From NCBI GenBank assembly GCA_037137655.1, contig JBAXJX010000001.1:289188-353187 (forward strand): 64,000 bases of DNA, given 5' to 3'. Both the position numbers and the translations under genes were made by a program. This DNA is from Candidatus Falkowbacteria bacterium (GTDB lineage: Bacteria; Patescibacteriota; Patescibacteriia; Patescibacteriales; UBA12465). Below, in pieces: positions 17,252-26,641 of the stretch. The notes beneath the pieces are model-generated. The model was given only the letters and a program-made list of their open reading frames with translations, made no database searches and was not told the origin of the DNA. Position 1 is the stretch's first letter. Every line of letters begins with the position of its first letter.

Positions 17252-17953
17252 ATGATTTCAGTTATTATTCCTGTTTACAATCAGGCTGATAAAATTACGA
17301 CCACACTTGATAGTTTGATTAAACAAAGCTATCAAGATTTGGAAATTATTATCGTTAACGACGGTTCACGTGATGGGCTTGATCTTGTTTTGGAAAATTA
17401 TTTTAAAACGATTGAAACTAAAATTGGCTTCATGGTTTTACATCAAGCTAATGGTGGCGCTCCGGCGGCGCGCAATGCTGGGTTTAAAAAATCACGCGGT
17501 GAATATTTATTTTTTTGCGATGCTGATGCGGTGCTCGATTATCAAGCTTTAGAAATAATGTTGGCAAGTTTAAATACGCACCCGGAAGTCTCTTACGTTT
17601 TTTCCTCGTTTTATTGGGGAAAAAAGTTGTTTCGCTTGGAGGAATTTTCGGAAAGTAAATTAAAACAAATGCCATATATTCATACTATGTCGCTTATTCG
17701 ACGGAGCAATTTTCCAGCTACCGGTTGGGATGAAAGCATTAAGAAATTACAGGATTGGGATTTATGGTTAACAATGCTCGAGGCAGGACATCGCGGCTTG
17801 TGGATTGATCAGATATTATTTAAGGTAACCCCAGGTGGTCATATTAGTTCATGGTTACCGGCTGCCGCCTATTCTTTATTTCCATTTTTACCACAAGTTC
17901 AAAAGTATAATGCGGCCCTAAAAATAGTCAAAACTAAACACCATTTATTATGA
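17252..17953 (+). CDS. Glycosyltransferase family 2
   Basis: 233 aa. ISVIIPVYNQ...IIIVNDGSRD...FCDADA (DxD) signature. Confidence 0.9.
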   Translation: MISVIIPVYNQADKITTTLDSLIKQSYQDLEIIIVNDGSRDGLDLVLENYFKTIETKIGFMVLHQANGGAPAARNAGFKKSRGEYLFFCDADAVLDYQALEIMLASLNTHPEVSYVFSSFYWGKKLFRLEEFSESKLKQMPYIHTMSLIRRSNFPATGWDESIKKLQDWDLWLTMLEAGHRGLWIDQILFKVTPGGHISSWLPAAAYSLFPFLPQVQKYNAALKIVKTKHHLL

Positions 17954-19416
17954 TTATCACCCGTAAAAACAAACAGAGATTGATAAAATATTTAAGTTTA
18001 TTTCTATTTTTTGATCTCCTTTCTATTCTGGCTCATAGTTTTCCGTGGCTGGGGGCAATTTTTTTTGGCGTGATCATGGTGTTATTTTTGATTTTGGCGA
18101 TTCATGATTTTGAAACCGGGTTAATCGTTGTTTTAGCGGAACTTTTTGTCGGCTCTCAAGGACATCTTTTTGATTTAAATATTATTGGTTTCACCTTTTC
18201 CATTAGAATCGCTTTTTGGTTGATTATTCTATTTGTTTTTTCTTATCGCTTAGTGCGCGATTGGATTGTGGGGCGGAAAATATCACTTAAATATTTAGAA
18301 CGCTTTAAACATTTAAATTTCTTTTTGTTTTTATTTTTATTTATTCTAATTGGCTTACTTGTAGCCCTGTTTAATCATAATGATTTGGCTAAAATATTTT
18401 TTGATGTTAATGCCTGGTTATTCTTTGCGCTCCTTTTTCCATTTTATTCGGTGAATGAAAATTGTGCCGAACGGGCGGATTTTTTTAAAAGAGTAAAGAT
18501 TATTTTTATTGCCGCGTTGATTTATTTAGGTTTTAAAACCTTAACCTCGCTTTATATTTTTACGCACGCTTTGCCGTTCGCCGATTTTATTTATCATTGG
18601 TTACGCGATACGCGGGTTGGAGAAATTACCCAAGCCGGTGGTGGTTTTTATCGCATCTTTTTCCAGTCTCATATTTATGCCGTCTTTGCTATCATCATCG
18701 GCGCGGCACATTTTTTTGATGAACTGGTTGGTGAGCGAAGGTTGAAAAAAATCTGGCCATTTTGGGGTTTGATGGTGCTGGCGACTGCGATGGTGGTAAC
18801 GAGTTTTTCTCGTAGTTTTTGGTTAGGTTTAGCTATTGGTTTATTGTGTTTGTTTATTTTGTTTTTACGCGCCGGTTTTAATAAGCGCTTTTTTATGTCT
18901 CTGCTTTATGTTGGATCGTCTTTGGTTGCTGGCGTTTTGTTGGTAGCTATGATTACTTTATTTCCATGGCCAAGAGGTGGTTCATTTGATTTATCGTTAC
19001 TAACTGATCGGGCCGACTTCAACCAAGGTGAATCAGCTATTTCGTCTCGCTATGCCTTGCTTGGAGTGCTGAAAAAAGAAATTTGTTCCTCACCATTATT
19101 AGGTCGCGGCTTTGGCGCGACGGTGACTTATAAGAGTAGTGATCCGCGCATCTTGGCACAAAACCCGGACGGGATGTATACAACTTATGCTTTTGAATGG
19201 GGCTTTTTAGATATTTGGTTAAAGATCGGTTTTTTGGGTTGTTTAGCTTATATTATTTTGCTGGCCAATTTGATTCGTAAGAAGTTTACTACCGGTGTCT
19301 GGTTTGGCCGAGCGTTGAGTATTAGCTTAATTTCTTTATTAGTTATTAACATCTTTACCCCGTATTTAAATCATCCGCTAGGGATTATTTGGATTATACT
19401 GGTGGCCCTATTTTAG
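17950..19416 (+). CDS. O-antigen ligase/polymerase-like (Wzy_C family) membrane protein
   Basis: 488 aa polytopic protein. TSFSRSFWLGLAIGLL segment and a large loop typical of Wzy/WaaL. 4-nt overlap with the GT2 gene. Confidence 0.7.
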   Translation: MIITRKNKQRLIKYLSLFLFFDLLSILAHSFPWLGAIFFGVIMVLFLILAIHDFETGLIVVLAELFVGSQGHLFDLNIIGFTFSIRIAFWLIILFVFSYRLVRDWIVGRKISLKYLERFKHLNFFLFLFLFILIGLLVALFNHNDLAKIFFDVNAWLFFALLFPFYSVNENCAERADFFKRVKIIFIAALIYLGFKTLTSLYIFTHALPFADFIYHWLRDTRVGEITQAGGGFYRIFFQSHIYAVFAIIIGAAHFFDELVGERRLKKIWPFWGLMVLATAMVVTSFSRSFWLGLAIGLLCLFILFLRAGFNKRFFMSLLYVGSSLVAGVLLVAMITLFPWPRGGSFDLSLLTDRADFNQGESAISSRYALLGVLKKEICSSPLLGRGFGATVTYKSSDPRILAQNPDGMYTTYAFEWGFLDIWLKIGFLGCLAYIILLANLIRKKFTTGVWFGRALSISLISLLVINIFTPYLNHPLGIIWIILVALF

Positions 19417-19429
19417 GGGCCTAAAACCC

Positions 19430-19458
19430 TTGTCTTATTATTTAAAATAAGGTATATT
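19430..19458 (+). promoter_or_regulatory. Sigma70-type promoter TTGTCT-N17-TATATT (greA)
   Basis: ttgtct 19430-19435; tatatt 19453-19458. Confidence 0.5.
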
Positions 19459-19530
19459 GAATGCAATAAATTTATAAGTAAATATCTTGCTTAATTTAAA
19501 GTTTTGGCTTTAAATTGGCGGAAAAAAACT

Positions 19531-19992
19531 ATGCCGGATCAAATTATTATTTCGCAAGAAGGTTACGACAAGTTAAAAGAAGAATTGGATCATTTAACCA
19601 ATGTTAAACGTTTTGAAATTGCTGAAAGAATCGAAAAAGCTAAAGATCTAGGTGACTTAAGTGAGAACGCTGAATATAGTGAGGCTAAAGATGCTCAAGC
19701 TTTAAACGATGGTCGCATCATGGATATTTTGGCGATGCTAAAAAATTCTGTAGTGGTTGATAAAAAATCTGACGCCCAACATGTTTCTATGGGATCGGAA
19801 GTGACCGTGGAAGTGGCTGGGCAAAAAAAAGTGTACACCATTGTTAGTTTTAACGAAGCTAATCCATCAGACGGAAAAATCTCTAACGAATCTCCAATTG
19901 GGATGGCTTTTTTTGGTAAGAAAAAAGGTGATACAATAACCGTGGAAACTCCACGCGGCGAAATACTTTATAAAATCGTTAATATTCAATAA
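19531..19992 (+). CDS. greA: Transcription elongation factor GreA
   Basis: 153 aa from ATG 19531. ISQEGYDKLKEELDHL...DLSENAEYSEAKDAQ coiled-coil plus C-terminal globular domain. The track TTG start is unlikely. Confidence 0.93.
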   Translation: MPDQIIISQEGYDKLKEELDHLTNVKRFEIAERIEKAKDLGDLSENAEYSEAKDAQALNDGRIMDILAMLKNSVVVDKKSDAQHVSMGSEVTVEVAGQKKVYTIVSFNEANPSDGKISNESPIGMAFFGKKKGDTITVETPRGEILYKIVNIQ

Positions 19993-19993
19993 T

Positions 19994-21499
19994 ATGGAAG
20001 AAACTAATTTGCAAAATCCGGTTAATGAAAGGGAAGAGCGTTTACGCAAATTAAAAGATCTTAAAGACTTAGGTATTAATCCTTTTCCGGCGATAGCTAA
20101 AAAAGATTATTCTTTGGGTCAGGTTATTGAAAATTTTAAAAAACTCGAAGCTGACGCGAGCGTCTTTTTCGTGTGCGGTCGTTTGCGCACTATTCGTTCT
20201 CATGGCAATTTAACTTTTGCCACTTTGCAGGACGGTAAAGAAATGATGCAAATTGCGTTATCTAAAAATGAATTGGGTCCAGAAAAATACAAAGAGTTCG
20301 TAAAGCTAATCGATATGGGTGACTTTATTGAAGTTAGCGGTAATTGCTTTGTAACTCATAAAGGTGAGAATAGTATTTTAGCTAAAAGCTACAAACTCTT
20401 AACTAAAGCGGTGCGACCGTTACCGGAAAAATGGCATGGTTTACAAGATGATGAAGATAAATTACGCAAACGTTATTTAGATATCATGCTTAACCGCGAT
20501 GTTTATGAGATGATTGAAAAGCGCGCTAAGTTTTGGCAAACAACTCGCAGTTTTTTATGTGAGCGTGGTTTTATTGAAGTGGAAACTCCAACGATTGAAG
20601 TGACGACTGGCGGAGCTGAGGCTAATCCTTTTAAAACTCATCATGATGATTTTGATGTCGATGTTTATATGCGTATTTCAGTTGGTGAGTTATGGCAAAA
20701 ACGCTTAATGGCGGCTGGTCTGGAAAAGACTTATGAAATTGGCCGCGTTTATCGTAATGAAGGTTCTAGTCCGGATCATTTACAGGAATTTACTAATGCG
20801 GAATTTTATTGGGCTTATGCTAATTATGAAGACGGCATGAAATTATCCCAAGAATTGTATCAAGAAATTGCGCAAAAAGTTTTTGGAAAAACTAAATTCA
20901 CGGCCAAGGGTTATGAATTTGATTTGAGTGGTGAGTGGCCCCGCTTGGATTATCAAGCAACTGTTTTGGAACACACTGGGATTGATGTTTTGCGAGCGAC
21001 AGAAGATGAAATGCGAACAAAATTAGATGAACTTAAAGTTAAATACGAGGGGAATAATCGAGAAAGATTAATGGACACACTTTGGAAATATTGTCGCAAA
21101 CAAGTTGCTGGTCCAGCTTTCTTAATTAATCATCCAAAATTAGTTTCGCCCTTAGCCAAGGCGAAGGAAGATAATCCAGAGTTGACCGAGCGTTTTCAAA
21201 TTATTATTGCCGGTTCAGAAGTTGGAAATGGCTTTTCTGAATTAAATGATCCAATCGATCAACGGGAGCGTTTTGAAATTCAAGAAAAATTAATTGATCG
21301 CGGTGATAAAGAAGCGATGATGCCGGATTGGGAGTTTGTAGAAATGTTGGAGCATGGTATGCCACCAACTTGCGGCTTCGGTTTCGGTGAACGTTTATTT
21401 GCCTTTATGATGGATAAACCAGTCCGCGAAACAACTTTATTTCCTTTAATGAAACCTAAATTTGAATCCAATGAAAAAATTGAAAAAGATAAGCAATAA
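19994..21499 (+). CDS. lysS: Lysyl-tRNA synthetase, class II
   Basis: 501 aa. OB anticodon-binding domain followed by a class II core (YEIGRVYRNEG, GFGFGERL). Confidence 0.97.
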   Translation: MEETNLQNPVNEREERLRKLKDLKDLGINPFPAIAKKDYSLGQVIENFKKLEADASVFFVCGRLRTIRSHGNLTFATLQDGKEMMQIALSKNELGPEKYKEFVKLIDMGDFIEVSGNCFVTHKGENSILAKSYKLLTKAVRPLPEKWHGLQDDEDKLRKRYLDIMLNRDVYEMIEKRAKFWQTTRSFLCERGFIEVETPTIEVTTGGAEANPFKTHHDDFDVDVYMRISVGELWQKRLMAAGLEKTYEIGRVYRNEGSSPDHLQEFTNAEFYWAYANYEDGMKLSQELYQEIAQKVFGKTKFTAKGYEFDLSGEWPRLDYQATVLEHTGIDVLRATEDEMRTKLDELKVKYEGNNRERLMDTLWKYCRKQVAGPAFLINHPKLVSPLAKAKEDNPELTERFQIIIAGSEVGNGFSELNDPIDQRERFEIQEKLIDRGDKEAMMPDWEFVEMLEHGMPPTCGFGFGERLFAFMMDKPVRETTLFPLMKPKFESNEKIEKDKQ

Positions 21500-22775
21500 G
21501 ATAAAAGAAATCTTAAAGGTAGCTGGTCCTGGCGTGATTACTGGTGCGGCTGATGATGATCCATCGGGAATTGCGACTTATTCGCAAACTGGGGCACAAT
21601 TTGGTTACGGCCAATTGTGGACTGCCTTTTTAGCTTTGCCGTTCTTAACGGCCGTGCAGGAGGCTTGTGCGCGTATCGGGGCGGTGACTGGCAAAGGTTT
21701 GGCGGCAGTTATTAAAACTCATTATAATAAGAAAGTTTTATTTATTGCTGTTGGTTTGGTTTGTATTGCTAATACGATTAATATTGGAGCGGATATCGGA
21801 GCAATGGCGGCAGCCGCAAAACTTATTTTACCACAAATAGATTTCACAATTTTTGCTTTATTTTTCACAGCTTTAATTTTAGTTTTGGAAATATTTTTAA
21901 ATTATAAAAAGTATTCCAAGATTCTAAAATGGTTTGTGTTAAGTTTATTGGCTTATCCAATTACAGTTTTTATGATTGCTCAGCCATGGAGTGAAATTGC
22001 CCGAGCGACTTTTATGCCGCACTTTGAATTTGGCTTTGCCTTCTTCTTTGTGATTACTGGTGTGTTGGGTACAACTATTTCACCTTACATGTTTTTTTGG
22101 GAAGCCTCACAAGAAGTGGAGGAGGAGCGCACTAAGCATCTTATTAGAAAAACTGGCAGAATATTTGGTTTGAAAAAAATCGTCCACAATTTGAAAATCG
22201 ATAATTTCATGGGCATGCTTTTTTCACAAATTGGATCGTGGTGTATTATCGTAGTAGCCGCGACAGTTTTGCATGGTCATGGTATTACTAACATTAACAC
22301 GGCAGCTGATGCGGCTAAGGCTCTTGAACCACTAGTTAGTACTTTTCCCAATGCTGGATTGTTATCAAAATTGATTTTTGCGATTGGTGTTATTGGCTTG
22401 GGCTTGTTGGGTGTACCAGTGCTTTCTGGTTCCGCCTCTTATGCTTTATCCGAGGCAATGAATTGGCGTGATGGCTTGAATTTGAAGTTCAAGAAGGCTC
22501 ACGGTTTTTATGGTGTAATTACGATTGCGACGATTGTTGGTCTAGGTATAAATTTTATTGGCATTGATCCGATGAAGGCTTTGGTGTTTACGGCGGTATT
22601 TAATGGTGTGGTTTCAATTCCATTATTGTTCTTAATTGCCAAAATTGCGCGTAATAAAGAAATTATGGGTGAATATCGTAGTGGAGTATTTTCCAGTATT
22701 TTAGTTTGGTCCACTTTTGCGATTATGTCACTGTCAGCTGTATTTATGTTTGTGGCTTTAGCGCGAGGAATGTAA
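21462..22775 (+). CDS. NRAMP-family divalent metal transporter
   Basis: 437 aa. GAADDDPSGIATYSQTGAQFGYGQLW Nramp signature; about 11 TM helices. The start overlaps lysS (alternative ATG 21471). Confidence 0.85.
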   Translation: MNPMKKLKKISNKIKEILKVAGPGVITGAADDDPSGIATYSQTGAQFGYGQLWTAFLALPFLTAVQEACARIGAVTGKGLAAVIKTHYNKKVLFIAVGLVCIANTINIGADIGAMAAAAKLILPQIDFTIFALFFTALILVLEIFLNYKKYSKILKWFVLSLLAYPITVFMIAQPWSEIARATFMPHFEFGFAFFFVITGVLGTTISPYMFFWEASQEVEEERTKHLIRKTGRIFGLKKIVHNLKIDNFMGMLFSQIGSWCIIVVAATVLHGHGITNINTAADAAKALEPLVSTFPNAGLLSKLIFAIGVIGLGLLGVPVLSGSASYALSEAMNWRDGLNLKFKKAHGFYGVITIATIVGLGINFIGIDPMKALVFTAVFNGVVSIPLLFLIAKIARNKEIMGEYRSGVFSSILVWSTFAIMSLSAVFMFVALARGM

Positions 22776-22791
22776 AAATAATTAAAAGTTT

Positions 22792-23226
22792 ATGCGTCTG
22801 TGGAGTTTGAATCCCAAATATTTGGATCGCGCCGGATTGCTTGCGGTTTGGCGCGAGGGGTTGTTAGCTAGAAAAGTTTTATTAGGCGAGACAGTGGGCT
22901 ATAAAAATCATCCCCAGCTAATTAGATTTAAACAATTTAAAAATCCGGTAAAAGTGATTGACGCTTATTTGAATGGAATATTGGAGGAGGCGAGTGAGCG
23001 TAATTATAATTTTGATTCTACTAAGATTAAGCTGATAAAAGATAATTTTAAGATTCCGCTAAATCAAGGTCAATTGCAATATGAATTTTCTCATCTCTTG
23101 AAAAAGTTGGAGAAAAGAGATAGATTGAAATATCTGGAATTAAAAAAACTGGATAAAATTACACCTCATAAAATATTTAAACTTGTGCCGGGTGAAATAG
23201 AAGATTTTGAAAAAGTAATAGAATAA
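22792..23226 (+). CDS. Pyrimidine dimer DNA glycosylase / endonuclease V family protein
   Basis: 144 aa. MRLWSLNPKYLDRAGLLAVWREGLLARKVLLGETVGYKNHPQLIRF matches the conserved N-terminus of the DenV-like family. Confidence 0.8.
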   Translation: MRLWSLNPKYLDRAGLLAVWREGLLARKVLLGETVGYKNHPQLIRFKQFKNPVKVIDAYLNGILEEASERNYNFDSTKIKLIKDNFKIPLNQGQLQYEFSHLLKKLEKRDRLKYLELKKLDKITPHKIFKLVPGEIEDFEKVIE

Positions 23227-23231
23227 AATAT

Positions 23232-23302
23232 TCGGGGATCGTCTAACGGTAGGACGACTGGTTCTGGTCCAGTTAATCGGGGTTCGAATCCCTGTCCCCG
23301 AG
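23232..23302 (+). tRNA. tRNA-Gln (anticodon CUG)
   Basis: Hand-folded cloverleaf. Acceptor TCGGGGA/TCCCCGA; D arm GTCT-AACGGTA-GGAC; anticodon arm ACTGG-TTCTGGT-CCAGT; T arm CGGGG-TTCGAAT-CCCTG. No encoded CCA. Confidence 0.9.
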
Positions 23303-23343
23303 CTTTGTGTTATGTTTATAGTATAATAATTAACAAATAATCT

Positions 23344-23877
23344 ATGAAAAAAATTTACTTTTTTATCTTAATTTTGCCATTAGTTTTTTTATCAGCTTGT
23401 AGTTTGAATAAAAATGTTAAAAGCGATGTTGATAATAAAAATGTTAATCAAATAAACCTTGTTACAACGACCAGTCAAGTAACCGAAAACATTATTCCTG
23501 GTGTTATGGATTTAAAAATTGGTGATAAACTTGAAAATTTCATAGTTTCCAAAATTTCTCCTCTTAATAATGAACACGTTTTAAGTGGTAATAATTTTTC
23601 CGTTTATTTAGTTGGAACAACAACAGTAACTGGTAATTACGATTACAACGACATGTCCGACACGCCTTATTTGACACCAGATACGATGAACGGCTTGCCG
23701 GTATTCTTAGAAAAAAATATCTATGAAATTAGTTTTCCTAAAAAATATTTACCCGATACCGCCAATCGCAAAGGACGAGCAACAATTAGTTTAAACGGAT
23801 TAGTACTGCAATCGCCAAGTGAAGAATATGCCCAGGACGGCTCTGATACAATAATTAAAATAGAGATATTAAAATAG
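23344..23877 (+). CDS. Lipoprotein, unknown function (paralog of ORF 8142-8747)
   Basis: 177 aa. Lipobox VFLSA/C. Shares VTGNY, PDTMNGLP, FPK, ATISL, VLQS blocks with ORF 8142-8747. Confidence 0.8.
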   Translation: MKKIYFFILILPLVFLSACSLNKNVKSDVDNKNVNQINLVTTTSQVTENIIPGVMDLKIGDKLENFIVSKISPLNNEHVLSGNNFSVYLVGTTTVTGNYDYNDMSDTPYLTPDTMNGLPVFLEKNIYEISFPKKYLPDTANRKGRATISLNGLVLQSPSEEYAQDGSDTIIKIEILK

Positions 23878-23900
23878 CATTTTTATGCTATTTTTGTTTT
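23871..23900 (+). terminator. Rho-independent terminator
   Basis: aaaatagcat / atgctatttt 10-bp stem overlapping the stop codon, then a T-rich tail. Confidence 0.6.
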
Positions 23901-23938
23901 ATAGGTAAAAAATAATAATAATTAACCACCTCGTTATT

Positions 23939-24322
23939 ATGACAAAAAATAAAGGAAAAATTTTTTTAAACACGGTTTTTTGGGGATTTATTCTTTGGCT
24001 CTTTGGTTATATTTTGGGTTTCTTATTTTTTGCTTTGGTACCAAAAAATGTTATCGGTTGGTATATTATGCCATTTGGGCTAGCAGCCACGCTTTGGGTG
24101 TTGCTTAAAAAAATCAAAAGGGAAGAGTTTATGTGTTATATTGGTCTTGGCGTTATTTGGACAATTATGGCTATTGCCTTGGATTATTTCTTTTTAGTTA
24201 AACTTCTTAAAGCAGTTGATTATTACAAGCTAGATGTTTATTTATATTATTTTTTAACATTTGCTTTGCCCGTTGCGGTGGGAATGTATAGGTTTAATAA
24301 AACAAAGAAAGCATCTTTATAA
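23939..24322 (+). CDS. Small integral membrane protein, unknown function
   Basis: 127 aa with four hydrophobic helices. Confidence 0.65.
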   Translation: MTKNKGKIFLNTVFWGFILWLFGYILGFLFFALVPKNVIGWYIMPFGLAATLWVLLKKIKREEFMCYIGLGVIWTIMAIALDYFFLVKLLKAVDYYKLDVYLYYFLTFALPVAVGMYRFNKTKKASL

Positions 24323-24332
24323 GTTAGTGTAT

Positions 24333-24911
24333 ATGGATAACTTATTAAAAGTATTTAGCGAACAAGTATTTCAAGATATCTCGATTCCGCAACAAGATTT
24401 GAGTCATCGGGAGTTTTCGAAATGTAAATTTAAGAAATGTGATTTCAGTGGCTATAAATTTATTGGCACATCTTTTATTGATTGCTCATTTATAGATTGT
24501 AATTTATCGAATATTAAAGTTGATAATTGTGGTTTTCAAAATGTGCTTTTTGAAAATTGTAAAATATTAGGTGTGACGTTTTCTAAAGTTGATTCCTTGC
24601 TAGTATCTTGGATTTTTAAAAAGTGTAATATTTCCTTGTGCGATTTTAGTAATTTGGATATCAAGGAAAGCCAATTTTTGGCTTGTGACATAAAAGAAAG
24701 TGATTTTATCAAGTCTAACTTAGCCGGCTCCGATTTTTCCGAATCCACTTTGGCATTGTGCAAATTTCAAAACACGAATTTAGAGAAAGTAAATTTTGTC
24801 GGCGCCCGCGATTATTATATTAATCCGATAAATAATAAACTAAAGAATGCTAAATTTTCCTACCCAGAAGTTTTAGTCTTGTTGGATGATTTTGGGATTA
24901 AAGTTGAATAG
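24333..24911 (+). CDS. Pentapeptide-repeat protein (Qnr/MfpA-like architecture)
   Basis: 192 aa from ATG 24333. MDNLLKVFSEQVFQDISIPQQDLSHREFSKCKFKKCDFSG..., then continuous A(D/N)LxX-type pentapeptide repeats. Confidence 0.85.
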   Translation: MDNLLKVFSEQVFQDISIPQQDLSHREFSKCKFKKCDFSGYKFIGTSFIDCSFIDCNLSNIKVDNCGFQNVLFENCKILGVTFSKVDSLLVSWIFKKCNISLCDFSNLDIKESQFLACDIKESDFIKSNLAGSDFSESTLALCKFQNTNLEKVNFVGARDYYINPINNKLKNAKFSYPEVLVLLDDFGIKVE

Positions 24912-24937
24912 AAGATTGTAATTTTGGTGAGCCAAAT

Positions 24938-24980
24938 AAAAAAGAGTATAAATAAATTTATACTCTTTTGTGTTTTTTTT
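24938..24980. terminator. Bidirectional terminator between convergent genes
   Basis: aaaagagtataaa taaa tttatactctttt perfect 13-bp stem, A-rich upstream and T-run downstream. Confidence 0.8.
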
Positions 24981-24987
24981 GTAGTTT

Positions 24988-25641
24988 TTAGCGAAAAGAC
25001 ATTTTGTGTAAGCCTTCACTTTTAAAATAAACAGTACCGTCTTGAAGGCGAATGCGTTCATGTATGATTTCGTTGAGAATATAGCTCTGCCAGCCATGTT
25101 CGATTTTATTAACTCTGGCCGCTAATGTTTCCGGCGTGTCATCTGGTCGAATTAAAACTGGAATTTTTACGATTCCTGGTCCGCGATCATATTCATCATT
25201 AACAAAGTGGATGGAAACACAGCTTTGAAATATTAGTCTTTCTTTGAAAGCTTTAATAACGGCTTCGTGCACGTGATGACCATATAATCCAGGACCGCCA
25301 AATTCTGGCAATGGTCCAGGGTGAATGTTTATTGTTTTGCTTGGGTTAAGTCCAACGACCAACTTTAACCAACCAGAGCACATCACGTAATCGGCTGAGA
25401 ATTTAGCCACTAAATTGCGGTAAGTTTCAGCTGTAAAAGGTCCAGGGCAATATTCAAAAGCAATGGCGAGATCCATGGCTTTTTTGCGAACGCCACCATT
25501 GGCATGATTAGAAACTACGCCGACAATGTCAGCATCTAAAATGGCTGGGCTAGTTCTGGACTGTTCAACCATTTCCTGAAAGCCAGAGCCACCACCAGTT
25601 TTATCGCCCGAAGCGAAAATAAGAATTTTTTTCTTACTCAT
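24988..25641 (-). CDS. Formyltransferase-family protein (PurN-like)
   Basis: 217 aa. KILIFASG...GGSG, NIHPGPLPEFGGPGLYG and CVSIHFVNDEYDRGPGI resemble the PurN/Fmt N-terminal catalytic domain. Confidence 0.75.
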   Translation of the reverse strand: MSKKKILIFASGDKTGGGSGFQEMVEQSRTSPAILDADIVGVVSNHANGGVRKKAMDLAIAFEYCPGPFTAETYRNLVAKFSADYVMCSGWLKLVVGLNPSKTINIHPGPLPEFGGPGLYGHHVHEAVIKAFKERLIFQSCVSIHFVNDEYDRGPGIVKIPVLIRPDDTPETLAARVNKIEHGWQSYILNEIIHERIRLQDGTVYFKSEGLHKMSFR

Positions 25642-25864
25642 AAATTTATATTTTTAAGGTTCAACAAATTGATTGATTTTTTATATTACAATAAGACTTA
25701 GATTTAGTCAATTGGTTTTTTTTCTTGTGAAAATGTGCTATAATCAATTTATAACAAGTAATTTGTGTTTTTATGACCTTAGTTCTATGAAACAGTTACT
25801 GAAAGTTTTATAGATAAAAAACGTCAGGAAATATTTAAAAAAATTAATAAAAAATAATAAAAAC

Positions 25865-26641
25865 ATGACTATCTCGGATTATCAAGCAATAACTAGTGCT
25901 CAAAACAAACAAATAAAAACCTTGGAGAAGTTAAATTCCAAAAAATATCGAGAGGAATTGCAACAATTCACGGTCGAAAATTTGGTGATTATTTTAGATG
26001 CTTTGAAATCTGAGCACGACTTTGAAGCTTTGTTTGTGACCGAAGAGTTTTATAGTAAACATTTAGAGCAGGTGAATTATTTGCAGAACAATTCCAATTG
26101 TAAAGATTTTTTTCTTATTAATCCGAGAATAAATAAAATTTATTCTAATTTGGACACTCCTTCTGGTATTACAGCTGTTTATAATATTAAGGAAAAAACA
26201 TTAGATAAATCATCGGTAGTTTATTTAAATGCTGTTTCTGACCCGGGCAATATGGGGACTATTATGCGCAGCGCTCTGGCCTTTGGTTTTGTTAATTTTG
26301 TGTTGGATGAAAATTGTGTGGATATTTATAATTCCAAAGTTATTAGTGCTGCTAAAGATGCTATTTTTAAATTAAATATTATTGAAGATAAGTCAGGTGC
26401 TTGGTTAAAAGCTAATAAGCTACCACTTTATATTACTAGCTCACACAATGGCCTTGATTTGGCCAAATTTAAGCCTGCTAGCGCTTTTTGTCTTGTTTTG
26501 GGTAATGAGAGTCATGGAGTCGATTTGCGTATCATGGCTATAGCTAGTAAGGCTTTAAAGATAAAAATGTCATCTGAGATCGAATCACTAAATGTGGCGA
26601 CGGCTGCCGCAATCCTATTTTATGAACTTGGAAAAAAATAA
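25865..26641 (+). CDS. TrmH/SpoU-family RNA 2'-O-methyltransferase
   Basis: 258 aa. DPGNMGTIMRSA, LVLGNESHGV and SLNVATAAAILFYEL are SPOUT motifs. Confidence 0.85.
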   Translation: MTISDYQAITSAQNKQIKTLEKLNSKKYREELQQFTVENLVIILDALKSEHDFEALFVTEEFYSKHLEQVNYLQNNSNCKDFFLINPRINKIYSNLDTPSGITAVYNIKEKTLDKSSVVYLNAVSDPGNMGTIMRSALAFGFVNFVLDENCVDIYNSKVISAAKDAIFKLNIIEDKSGAWLKANKLPLYITSSHNGLDLAKFKPASAFCLVLGNESHGVDLRIMAIASKALKIKMSSEIESLNVATAAAILFYELGKK

